Assembly: GCF_018350175.1 (NCBI RefSeq) | Contig: NC_058368.1 | Coordinates: 189,102,001 to 189,166,000 of the forward strand | Source of the DNA: Felis catus | Lineage: Eukaryota | Direction of reading: 5' to 3' | DNA: 64,000 nt | Shown: positions 48,720 to 60,270 of the stretch, piece by piece | Layout: each line of letters begins with the position of its first letter | How positions within the stretch are numbered: position 1 is the first letter of the stretch | The notes under the pieces: model-generated | Database searches by the model: none | Told to the model about the DNA's origin: nothing | Seen by the model: the letters and a program-made list of their open reading frames with translations, nothing else | Translations under genes and position numbers: made by a program

Positions 48720-49639
48720 TGTAGAAATGAAATTAAAAGAAGAGGTGATTTAGGCCACTGCTCCACCTCTCTCTAGCCTAGTGACTTAGGAAAGTCAATT
48801 AACCTCACAGAGCTTCAGTTTTCTCACGCATAATGTAAGGTGGCCTGTTGAATTCTTGGAAGCTGGAGAAGATTGAAAATGCTGATCTTGCCAAAGGAGC
48901 TGCCAGATCTGAGACCAAGATCTGAGATTAGTTGTTATTTGTAAAGCACTGAAGAGACATAATGTTAAATGAAAGCGCATTCATAAAAAGTTAGTTGGTA
49001 GTTTGTGGCTACTTATTAAGAAGCCAGAAGAATTTAATACTGACTCATTAGTATGGGGTGGATTGGGAGAACACATATTCCTTGGACCTTTCACATTGTC
49101 CCTCTCTTCATCATGAGATAATCCTCACGATGGGATTGGGGATGGGCCATGGTCACAAATAAACATATATTAGCCTGGGGCAGATTGTTCCCAAAGCAAA
49201 GCATTTTAGAGCAGCATAGCAGTTGAGGACATGGACTATGGAAACTGAGATTTTGGTTTGGATCAGTTTCTCACTTAGTAATTATAATGCTATAGCATTA
49301 TATATTTTGTTCCCTATAGGGAACTGAAATAATGGAAACTCATATAACTCAATATAGGAAGGCTCAATTGCCCTGTCTATAAAATGTAGATGGTCATACC
49401 TACCTCATAATACATTCATGTTCTAAACTGTGAGTGGAGACCATGTTTGTTTTTGCTCACCATGATTGAATATCAACAAATGTCTTCTGAATGAGTGAAT
49501 GAATGAATAAGAAACAGTGGGGGATCATATTAGGTAATGCCTGACCTATAGCTCTCAATGCGTGGCAATAATAATGGGTGTTAATATTTATCATGGATGT
49601 CTGTTTTGGTAACGCCTGACCCACGGGCTTCTGGAGTGA

Positions 49640-50060
49640 AGCATGTATGCAAGCATACGTCATCACTTTGTCACATCCCCACCCCTGACCATAGTGGTTG
49701 GCTTGGAGATGGGCCAGTGACCCAATCACAACAGTGGGATGTTGGCTAGGAGTTTTGGAAAGACACCATCAACTTTTCCTTTTAGGAAGTGAATCTGAGC
49801 AAATGTAGGACCTGGGACTGCTGCAGCCATTCCGTGACTATGTGGAGCCTGACAAAAGAGCCCACATGGAAGGACAGATCACTGGGAAGTAGAGAGAGAA
49901 AACCAGGGTACTGGCGACATCATTTGAGCCTTGCACTAAGCAATATATCAAGTCACACCTACCCAGGTCTATTGATTATATAAACTTTACTGAAAGCTTC
50001 TTGTTTGTTTCACTGCTTATAGCAATTTGAGTTATGTCAGTTACAACAAAAAGAATCTGG
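49640..50060 (+). mobile_element. MLT1K/L-like MaLR LTR
   Basis: ACCATAGTGGTTGGCT..GATGGGCCAGTGACCCAA...GCTGCAGCCAT...GACATCATTTGAGCC...TTACAACAAAAAGAATCT. Confidence 0.7.
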
Positions 50061-51004
50061 AGACAGCAACATTATTATCATTATCATAAATAAAATAACA
50101 AAAACTAAGATCATATGCCTGTAAATCAACAACTTAATGTTTTTAGTTTTACCTGGGCAACATTTGAGGGACACCTTAATTTCAAATTTCCTCCATTTAA
50201 GACAGAATACAGCTACTTCCTTCTTGAGTGGCTCATATTGATTCTGCCCTAATGTCCTGAAAGGAGGGGATATTGCTAACACAGATGTTTAGAAAGAGAA
50301 GTGCACACAGTATGCTTTTCTTTTAAATCCCATAAAACAACCTGCATCCCTGGCAGAAACAGTTCAGCCACCTTCTTCCCTGGAAGTGATTGCTTTCAAC
50401 ATATCACTATAATTTTCTCCTTCCCAATTGATCTGTGTGGGATAACCTCCCCAAATCACAAGTGAATTACTCCTGAAAGTAGCATCTGAGCCCACAATTA
50501 AATTCTTTCACACATCAGAAACCGCCCATTACTGGACATTGGACACATGGTATAATTTGAGAGTTAATCAACCGATACCTTGAAAATGAAGTTTGAGGCA
50601 TCAAGAAGAAAGGCAACTCCAAATTTTCCTTTTCTCTGCTTGAGGGGTTTGGGTCCGGATAATGTTCTATGATCTAAGAACTTGGGAACTATTTTCATGG
50701 TAGTCCCCCAAAGAAGAGCAGTAACTTGCTTTTAAAACTCATTTGCAATAATTATATGGTGTAACTGACAATGATGGGTACTGCAAAATCACTCAGCAAG
50801 TATCTAATGAGCCTTTTTTTTTTTCCTGAGAATTCAGTAGGCATATGAAAAGGGAGAAGAAAGGTACAAAGAATGATGAAACGTAGTTCTTGCCTACAAG
50901 GAGCTTATAATCTAGGAGAGTGAAACTCAGTGGTGGGAAAGCCAGTTGAACTGCAGGGCGGGCACACAACTCTTCCTGATAAAATTTTAAAGAGTGACCC
51001 TCCT

Positions 51005-51235
51005 ACAGTTAAATTCACAGGTTCTGAAATCCAACAAGTATGTGTTTGAGATCCAGCTCTTCCACTTGCTCAGAGCAATCCATCTAATAGGCTCTTCAAC
51101 TTTAGTTTATTCGTATGTAGAATGGGTTAGCAGTAAATACCAAGTTCACATGGTTGCTCTCTGAAGATGAAAATAGCTCACACATGGAGCACACTAATAA
51201 TGTGGAAGAAAGCACTCAATATATTTTATAGCTCT
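51005..51235 (+). mobile_element. MIR SINE
   Basis: GTTTGAGATCCAGCTCTTCCACTT...CTTTAGTTTATTCGTATGTAGAATGGG. Confidence 0.6.
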
Positions 51236-51744
51236 TATGATTTTTAAGAACATTCAGCATTGCTACAGTAGTTGAGCTCTGGATGGTAGATGAAAAGGGG
51301 CAAAACAAATATCTTTTGTTTTAAGTAAACATCTTGCACCAACTTGAGTATGCATCAAAACAACAAAATCCAGCAAGAATTTGACAACTATAAAGATTAG
51401 ATAGTGGCATATTCTGCAAAAGAACAGTGCTCTATCTATTGGACACACAGTCTCTTGATAAAGGAGAAGTCCTGAGTCAAAAGCACAGAAGGAATAAAGG
51501 AAGTTTAAAAGAAAAGTTCCTTTATCCACTGAAGGAACAGTTCTAGTGACTTATTTCCTGTGTCACCCACAGAAAAGACAGGAAATAAAACTGCCAACAT
51601 ACGGTCTGAGCTTGTCAGAATTATGTTCTATTCCCCAAAGTTTTGAAAATTAATAACATAAATAGCAGCATCTAAGAATCATTAGGCATTCACTATGTGC
51701 TAGGCCCATTGCTATGCACCTGGTATACATTAATAAGTAATAAT

Positions 51745-51960
51745 AATATTGACAGTTGCTAGCATTTGATGGCTTGGTATGTATACGCACATACTTTATC
51801 CTATTTGAATCTTCATAACTCTCTGAGCTAGATGTTCTTTTCCTCATTTTCTGATAACAAATCTAAAATTTCCCAAAGTTAAATAGCTTTGTCTGGGTCC
51901 ACATAGCTGGTAAATGGCAGAGCAGGAATTCCCTAAACCTAGGTCTTGTTTACTATACTG
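51745..51960 (-). mobile_element. MIR SINE
   Basis: ATTTGAATCTTCATAACTCTCTGAG...CACATAGCTGGTAAATGGCAGAGCAGGAATT. Confidence 0.75.
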
Positions 51961-53169
51961 TACCCGCTGGGGCCATTGTGAGGGGATACAAATATTTAAT
52001 ATAATGGTTGTCAATCTTTGAAAACCACTTTCAACATCAGACATACAACTCTCACTTCCATAGACCTATATGGACACAGTGGTTGAACCCCATTCAGCAA
52101 GTACATCTGAATATACATAAAAGTGACTTATTCCAGGAGGTCCTTGATTCCAGTTGCACTTATAAAGACAAAGTCAGTGAGCAGTGCTGTAGCTTGTCTG
52201 CAGTGGCTTGCGATGCTATATGCAAATGTGTGCCATGACCCGTGACTGAAAGTCACTAGTCCAAGTTGAAAACTAAAGAGCTTCATAGCAGCTGTCTCTT
52301 GCAAATCCACTTCTCTGTCACCTAGTCCCGCTGTCTCCTTTAGGGGCCCCACCCCTTGCCGAGTAGTCTTTCTTCACAAGTGGTAGATGAATGGGATGGG
52401 TATGCCCAGTCCTCTTTGAGGATGTACCAGTAATGAGTGAGTGAGGAATGCAATGAAAAGAGATGTCCTGAAGTAACAAATACTAGCTAAAAATATACAA
52501 GTAGCAACCCGCTCCAGATTACTGGAAGATTTGAGACCATCATCATGGCTCTGCCCCCCAACTTCTCCCCAAGGAAACCCATCTTTGGAGAATCACTATA
52601 CCATTAAAATAAGGCACATTTGGGTAGGGAGAGGGAATATGAGTTGAACCACATGCACTCCTACAGGCCCATTATTTATTTTATGGCTATACTTTAGTTG
52701 GACTGGAAGCCTTCATCTTATTTCTCAACTACCTCCTTTCCGCTCTACTTCCCAGTACTCTTAGTGTTTTATTATTTTAAGAGTTTAATGTTGGGTCCAT
52801 TTGAATTGGGCAACTCACTCAGCATAATGCTTTTGCAATTTTAGTCACAAAGTGATATGACGATTGAAAGCCGGACATGTTTCAGTTTCCTAACACTGTG
52901 ATTTCCTCTTCCCAAATAATTTTGTAGTATACTGCCAGAGGAATATGTTATGTATTGATTCACCCTAAGAGTTATCTTTCTGTAGGCAATCAGCTTGAGT
53001 GGTCAGGAGTTTGTCAATGACCAATCCCTCCTACGCAAGAACCAACAACTTAGATGATGGAGAAGACGTACATTTTAAATAAAAAGATGTAGAAGATGTA
53101 GGAAGCTATTTACCCACGTCCTGGTTGAAGCTTTGATACTAATTCTATGCAAACTATATAATATACATT

Positions 53170-53460
53170 CAGCCAACATTTGTCTTTTGACTGTTCATAG
53201 AATGATGCCACGAACTTGGGGGGAATTCAAAAGAAATGAAAAGCATAGGTCATTTCCTCAAAGAATGTTTACTTTAATTAGAGAGAAGAGATGTGGAGAC
53301 AGCACTCATTAGACAAGTATGTTTCAAAGCAAGCTGCCTATAGTGGAGTAGCAGTTAGGTAACAGAGACAAGTCAGAAAAGGGAGCTATCTATGTGGCTA
53401 GAGTGAGGAGGAAAGTGCCTAATAGAAGGAAAACAGGCAGGATTTTGACAGAAACAAAGG
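53170..53460 (-). mobile_element. L2 3' fragment
   Basis: CATTCAGCCAACATTTG...AGCATAGGTCATTTCCTCAAAGAA...purine-rich continuation. Confidence 0.55.
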
Positions 53461-53979
53461 ATGATCACAAAAGAGGCTCTGAGTCAAAAATAATCTTGAA
53501 TAAACAGTACTGTATTATCAAGTAATATTTTGCGAAGCATTTGTTACTCTCCTCTGACCTATCCAGCAGGGCCTGGATGTTGGGAGAGAGTAAGAGAAGG
53601 GCCATTTTGCCCACTGTATGGAAATGACTGAGAAACTGAGTGATTTCTGCAGAGTTCCATACCAGATTAAACATATTTCCTGAGCTCAACTGACCTGCGA
53701 TTTCCTCTTAAGCCACTAGCTTAAACGAATGAAAGGAAATTGGCCTCTTTTAACTCCTTAGGACAGAATGTATGCTGAGAGTTGGTAAATGCCAGAAAAT
53801 GAAGATAATAGGTTTAATGAAAATAATAGTACATTTTAATGAGTATTTCTAATTATCTTGATTTTTCAAATGAGAAAACAGGCCCCAAGAGATTGAGTCT
53901 CTTGTCTAATGTGGTGAAGCAGGATCTCCAACCCAGGGTTATCTAGTTCTAAAGTCCAGGTTCTCAATCACTTCCTATC

Positions 53980-54150
53980 AAGCTCTCCAAGAGAGGTCGG
54001 GACCAGCAATACCAGTATCACCTGGAAATGCAAAGTCCCAGGCCCAACCCAGACTTACAGAATCAGAAACTCCAGGGGTGAGGCCTTGAAATCTGTGTTT
54101 GAAAAAGCCTTCCATGTGACTCTAATGCAGGATCAAGTTGGAGACCTACA
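53980..54150. mobile_element. MER5A MITE
   Basis: GACCAGCAATACCAGTATCACCTGGAAATGCAAA...GAATCAGAAACTCCAGGGGTGAGGCC..AATCTGTGTTT. Confidence 0.85.
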
Positions 54151-54790
54151 TATCTTATATAATTTCTCTGACAACTGAGCTTAAATAGGGTTCGGTGTAA
54201 ACAGGGAGAGTGAGGAAGAAAAGTCTTTGAAACCAAACATCCACAGGAAGACTTTTGAACATCTCTGAATAGCTGATGAGCCTGTACCTGCTGGGGTAAT
54301 GGCTGCCAGGCAGAGGTTACAAGCCCAGATCTGCTCTGTGACCTTGGATAAGTCCTTGGGCTCTCAGGGCCCCAATTAACTCATTTGCTCCAGAGGGCCA
54401 TTAGGGCATTGTCTCTTCCTGCTCTAACACCCTCATCTCCAAGGCAATTGTGGCAGGGCCAGGACAGAATTAGTTGCTACACTGAGTGGCAGACTAAGAA
54501 ACCAGGAAGAGAAGATGACTGAGAAGGCTTAGAAGAGTCAGGAAGCATTATTATTGAAGAAGATGGGGGTTGAAGCTAGGGAAGTTTCAGACAGGAGGTG
54601 GAGGGGAGATAGTGCATTCCAGATGTGGGAGCTGAAGATCAGGGATGGGGGGAAATGATCCAGATGTGCTTGTGAGATTAACCTGAGCAGGTGGGTTTGA
54701 GTACTATAGAGACAAGTGAGCAAAACTCTCAGAGAGTTTTCACCTTGGCATCAAATGCACTGATTACTATTTTTTCCCCTTGACCTAGCA

Positions 54791-55045
54791 CAGTGGTTCT
54801 CAGCTAGGGGCAATTTTGTCCCTTAGGAGACATTTGGCAATGTCTGGAGCTGTTTCTGCTTGTCACAACTGAGTGGGTGTGTGTGTGTGTGGGGGGGGGG
54901 GGGTTCTACTAGCATCTAGTAGGGAGAGACCAGAGATTCTGGGATGCTGCCAAACATGCTACAATACACACAGGACACCTCCTGCCTCCACAACAAGGAA
55001 TTAAATGGCCCAAAATACCAACAGTGCCTAAGCTGAAAACCCCTT
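54791..55045 (+). mobile_element. MER20 hAT-Charlie element
   Basis: CAGTGGTTCTCAGCTAGGGGCAATTTTG...GACATTTGGCAATGTCTGGAG; 8-bp TSD ACCTAGCA / ACTTAGCA. Confidence 0.92.
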
Positions 55046-55186
55046 ACTTAGCAGGTGAGCCCTAGCCTGATATGTAATAACTAGTTTATTACATAACCAG
55101 AAGCAGCAGATCATGACTACCATGTGCCGTAGGGTTCTGAGCACCTTCCAGGCCTACTCTCACAGCAACCTTCTGTGCTTACTTTT

Positions 55187-55302
55187 TTTTTTTTTAAACA
55201 GAGTTTATTTTCTAGAACAGTTTTAGTTTCACAGTAAAAAGAGCGTAAAGTACAGATTCCCCATGTACCCCTTGCCCAGCATATAGAGAGCTTTTTCCGT
55301 GA
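55187..55302 (-). mobile_element. Short old L1 (L1MC-like) 3' tip
   Basis: T-tail plus TTTTAGTTTCACAGTAAAA...AAAGTACAGA; TSD TCTGTGCTTACTTTT / TCTGCGCTCACTTTT. Confidence 0.8.
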
Positions 55303-57189
55303 TCTGCGCTCACTTTTAATAGCTTTTTACCTGTAAGGAGCAGAGACTTGCAGAGCCTCCAATACTCAGCTAGCAAGGTGCAGCACTGGAGTTTGGACTG
55401 GGATCAGCAGAATTTGAAAGCCAATGCTCTTATGCATTGCCTGGTTCTTTCCACAGCCCTGCTGCCTTCCTTGTTGCGTCAACATGTCAGTTTTATTGTA
55501 AGCACAAGAGGCAAAAAGAATGGGCCAATTCAGTTTCTGAGGACCCAGGACCCTTTAATTCAGAGGCCCCCATTTGCTTCAGACTCTCACTAATATTTCA
55601 TAGGATGAATCAATAAGAAGCTAAGGCATTGGAAACAGACCTCCAAAAAACAACTGTGTGATAACAGTCTGCATGAAAGTATTATTTTCCAGGCACTTAA
55701 ATGCCTTTGTGGCCTTTCCTCATTCTTTCCAGAGGAGTCCTGGGTATCAGCTGATAGGAGAGGTGAACCATGAAAAATGCTGGGTTCCAGTCAAAGTAAT
55801 TCCATTAGGGGCAGAAATGGGCTTGCTGAAACACCAGGAAGGGAAATCATTTGCAGCATACCAACAGCTGGGCCCAAATGACATCACTCGCCAAAATCAA
55901 AGGAAATGAGCTAATCAGATATGCATAAAAGCTCTTTTTGTTTGCTTGCTTAGAAAGTTGCAATTTGCTTTCAAGCTAGAGGTGAAAAAAATAATCTCTT
56001 TGAAAAATTTTGGCCCTGATATTTTGCTTCTTTAAATTGTTTTCAGTTATTGGAGTAGACATGAAAATAAAATGCTTGAAATGTTCTCAGGTCACTCCAT
56101 GAGGAGGAATTACCACAGGAATGTTATTTTCACAGATTCCTGCCAGACATTTGATGGTCCTCAGCCCCATGCCCTCATCCTCAATGGGGAAAAAAAGGAG
56201 ACAAAAGTTACCCATTGGTCTTTGCACATTATACCCTTTTATATTTTGACCTTCTCTTTCTGTTTCCTTGCAAGCCCATCCCATCCAGTGATTGAGTAAA
56301 TGCATATTAAATTAAGGGTAGAAGGCTAGGGGTAAAATAGAATTAAACAGCATTAAACAAAAGAAGTCAAAGGCAAGGAATTCAAAGTGATCCATCCAAT
56401 AAAGGAAAAGAGGGAAATCCTGCCATTCCCCAAGGATAGAAGCAGGAGATGGTGACAGGCAGGCCTTGGCTTTTGGAACATTAGTACAGGCAGCCAGAAC
56501 ATGCAAGAAATGGAAGCCTTTATGTTCTGGCAAAACCCATCTTCTGCTTCTCCTGGCCTCTTACTACAGTGCTGAGCTGGGAAAACACAGCAGGCTATTA
56601 GGATATTACTGTCACATGCAGTGACGCAGCTCAGTTCTCACCTAGGAGTTACCTGAAGACTCGCAGAAAGAAAGGTCATCAAGCCTGATGTTCTGAGGTG
56701 AAAAGGTGTGTTGAGGGAGTCAGTGTTTCAAGTGATAGGGAGGATGGATCAGAGTTCAGTTCATTGCCCTTCCACTGAAGCCATCCCAGAACCACCTGAG
56801 TTAGCCAGAATCAGAGACAATTCAGCTGGTAGGCCTGGTACAGTTCCCCCCCCAGTGGCGCCCATTTACAATGGCGCCTGAATGGGTACCTGCAAGTGCT
56901 GAGGTCCCAGAGGCATCTGTGCTCTGGTGGGCCTCACAGGCTCAGGGACTGCTGGGGGCCGGGAGGCTGCACAAAACAGAGGTCCTCTCTGCACCTGCTA
57001 ACCCGAGGCCTTTATTTAAGCCACTCCTAGGGAAAGGGAGATTTTATGTCAACTTATTATGTCAACAAAAATAACTTTAAGGCTCCTGCTTTCCTTTCTG
57101 TTAAGAATATTTCCTTATTATTTTTTTTTGACAGGAAAAAGAAAATAAAATTTTCTCCATAAAATGAGTCTCTGCAAGAAAATGTCTTT

Positions 57190-58030
57190 CTCTACAAATC
57201 GCCAACCAAGAAAACAAACAAACAAACAAACAAACAAACAATTAAAAAGCAGGCAGAGGACTTGAATAGACATTTCTCCAAAGAAAATACACAAATGGCC
57301 AATGAGTACATGAAAAGACGCTTCACATTACTAATCATTAGGGAAATGCAAATCAAAACCACAATGAGATACCACTTCACCCATTAAGATGGCTACCATC
57401 AAAGAAACAGGAAATAACAAGGGTATGTGAGAATGTAGAGAAATTGGAGTCCTTGTGATCTGTTGGTGGGAATGCTCAATGTGTAGCTACTGTGGAAAAC
57501 AGTATAGCAGTTCCTTAAAAAATTGAAAGCAGAATTACCATATGATCCATCAATTCCATTTCTGCTATGTACCAGAATAATTGAAAACAGGGTCTCAAGG
57601 AGATAGTTGCACACCCATATTCATAGCAGCCTTATTTACAATAGCTAAAACATGCAAGCAACCCAAGTATCTGCAGATGAATGGATAAATAAATAGAATA
57701 TTATTCAGTCTTAAAAAGAAAGGAAATTCACACACATGTTACAACATGGATGAACCTTGAAGACATTACATTAAGTGAAATAAGCCAGTCACAAAAATAC
57801 AAATATTGGATGATTCCACTTATCTGAGGCACCTGAAGTAGTCAAATTCAGAGAGACAGAAAGTAGAATGGTGGTTGCCAGGGGCTGTGGAGAGGGAGAG
57901 AAATGGGTACAGAGTTTTAGTTTTGCAAGATAAAATGAGTTCTGGAGGTGGGTGATGGGGGTGGTTGCACAACAATGTGAAAATGAGCTTAATATCACTG
58001 AACTGTACACTCAAAAATGGCTAAGTAATT
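57190..58030 (+). mobile_element. L1MB-like ORF2 end and 3' UTR
   Basis: GACTTGAATAGACATTTCTCCAAAG...GGAAATGCAAATCAAAACCACAATGAGATACC...GAGTTCTGGAG..GATGG..GGTTGCACAACAATGTGAA. Confidence 0.93.
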
Positions 58031-58034
58031 ACCT

Positions 58035-58200
58035 CAGGAGTTGGATTCCATTATTGTCCCCATTTCAGAGACGGGGAAACTGATATACAGAGATGAAGTG
58101 AACTTGCCTTGGACACAAAGCTAATGGTTGGAAGGGTGAGGATTCAAAGCCAGGCAGGCAGACTCTGGAGAGGTCATGCTCTATAACCACTGAGCCACAC
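58035..58200 (-). mobile_element. MIR SINE
   Basis: CCCCATTTCAGAGACGGGGAAACTGA...GGATTCAAAGCCAGGCAG..GACTC. Confidence 0.85.
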
Positions 58201-58305
58201 TGTGAAATTAGAATTAATGCTGAGGATTTGGTGGAAAGTCTACACTGGAATACTTTGATTAGATAACATATTTAGTGATGTAATGACATGATACTCAAGA
58301 AGGTG

Positions 58306-58493
58306 TTTTTTTTTAATGTTTATTTATTTATTTTTGACAGAGAAAGAGAGAGAGAGAGTGAGAGAGAATCCCAAGCAGGCTACACACTGTCAGCACAGAG
58401 CCCAATGCAGGGCTCAAACTCATGAACCATGAAATCATGACCTGAGCCGAAATCAAGAGTCACACTTAACTGACTGAGCCACCCAGGTGGCCC
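58306..58493 (-). mobile_element. SINEC
   Basis: GAGAATCCCAAGCAGGCT..ACACTGTCAGCACAGAGCCC...GAGCCACCCAGGTGGCCC. Confidence 0.95.
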
Positions 58494-59295
58494 AAAAATC
58501 ATTGTCTTTTGAAAACAGAGAAGTTTATCTATTTAGTTGGATTTGTTTCCAGACAGTTCAACTTATTTTTATTTCTTCTCAAAAGTTGTTAAGTACTCAG
58601 GCTGCAATGTTCAGTGGCTCTAGAGGCTCTTTGAGTTATTCATGGTGAAAGTTGAATGTTGATAAATGATACTACTCTCTGTGGCTCAGCAACTGTATTT
58701 CAGGGTGGTTTTGAGGTTCTTTTCAGAGCCCAGCACCATTTGACTAAGATGGGGCTTTTCCCTCTGCTGACGTCACCAGCAATGAAATGGCAAAGTAAAT
58801 AGGACCCCTCACCAGGCCAGGCTTTGCACTGGCTACCTCCCATAGTTGGTGTAAAGGACTCCAGAGAAGGAAGTGGTTGGGGCACCTCAGGAGCCACAAA
58901 GCATTGTGCCACTGAGACAGCTCTCTCCTGCTGTGGGCTCAGTCTGCAGAGGAGGCAGGACCCTCAGTGCCCATCATGTTCAGAGGAGATCCTTTGGTTT
59001 GGTGCATTTGATTCTATAAAGTGATTCTAACGCATGGTGGAGTCGGGGACCAATTGCTCTAGATTAAAGGAAAGAACAAAAGGAAAGTCTATACGCAGGT
59101 GTCTGGGTGTTCAAGCATTCCTCCTTTAGGGCAATCATCAAATCCCTTGCTAGGTTGGAGGATGAACGGAGAATTCTGCTGTTCTTGACTGCCTGAGGGG
59201 TTTAATTTTGCTTCACTCTATTTTAACATTTGGCACATATAACCTTAATGTATAGTAATGGATTTGTTTGTGTTTGTGAGCTGTAGCGTGTGTGT

Positions 59296-59326
<31 letters not shown>

Positions 59327-59347
59327 GCATGCACGCGCACGTGCATG
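59296..59347. repeat. (TG)n / alternating purine-pyrimidine tract
   Basis: Directly visible. Confidence 0.93.
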
Positions 59348-59564
59348 AGTGTGATGGAGAGAAGGGTGTGGGCTTAGGTCGTAAAATCAGCTCATAAGTT
59401 AAGCATTTTCATCCCATTCTGCTTAGATAAGTTTACCAAGACCTTCAGGCAAGGAGTCCAGTAAAGACCAAACAAATACAGTTCAGCAAACAAAAGTTGA
59501 CCTGAGACTAACATAAATTCCTCATTTGTATTTCTTGGACTGAAGGGACCATTTGATACACACC

Positions 59565-59800
59565 TGCCATTGCATAGTGTTGAGAGTGGGCACTGGACCC
59601 AGAATGCCTGGGTGTAAAGCCCCATGATGTCACTTACTAGATGAGTAACTTGGAACACATTTTTTAATGTGGTTAAAATAAGGATTCATTTAGGATAGAA
59701 CTACTGCACAGGATTGTTGGGGGATTAAAATGAAAGGAAATACAAGAAAGGTGCTTAGAACACTGCCCAGTACATGGTAAGTGGTCGATAAATCTTAACA
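59565..59800 (+). mobile_element. MIR SINE
   Basis: CATAGTGTTGAGAGTGGGCACTGGA..CAGAATGCCTGGGT...GTGCTTAGAACACTGCCCAGTACATGGTAAGTG. Confidence 0.8.
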
Positions 59801-60084
59801 TAAGAATTTCTAATCTCATTTCCTCTTGTCCTCTGCAAGCTGTGCAACACTTCTAAACCTTACCCCAAATTCCTTCTCTAGTCCTTTGATGACTCTTCCT
59901 CTTGTTGCTTCTGTATCTTCGAAGCCAAAGAAACCATGGTAAAGAAAAAAGGTCAGGAAGAAATTGTGAACCAGAATTCTAAGGTTGAGTAGGGAGATGT
60001 CTAGAAAAATGTACTTTTTTTTCATACCCACACAAGCCATTGTTATCATCTCATTATCTTCACTGTTGGAAGCAAGCTCAAAAT

Positions 60085-60270
60085 AGTAATTAAGAATAGG
60101 AGCTTTGGAATCAGAGACCTCTGGGTTTGAATCTTTGCTGAGACCACAGCAAGGTTCTAAAATTGATAGTTCAGTTTCCTTTCCTATAAAGTGTGATTGG
60201 TGATACCTCCCCATTGGATTAAAAGGAGGTTTAACGTCATTAATACTACAACATACCAGCTATAGTAAGT
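60085..60270 (+). mobile_element. MIR SINE
   Basis: GCTTTGGAATCAGAGACCTCTGGGTTTGAATC...TCAGTTTCCTTTCCTATAAA. Confidence 0.75.

Noticed and set aside
56846..56865. CTCF site
   Set aside because: The minus strand CCACTGGGGGGGA mismatches key core positions of CCACCAGGGGGCGC.
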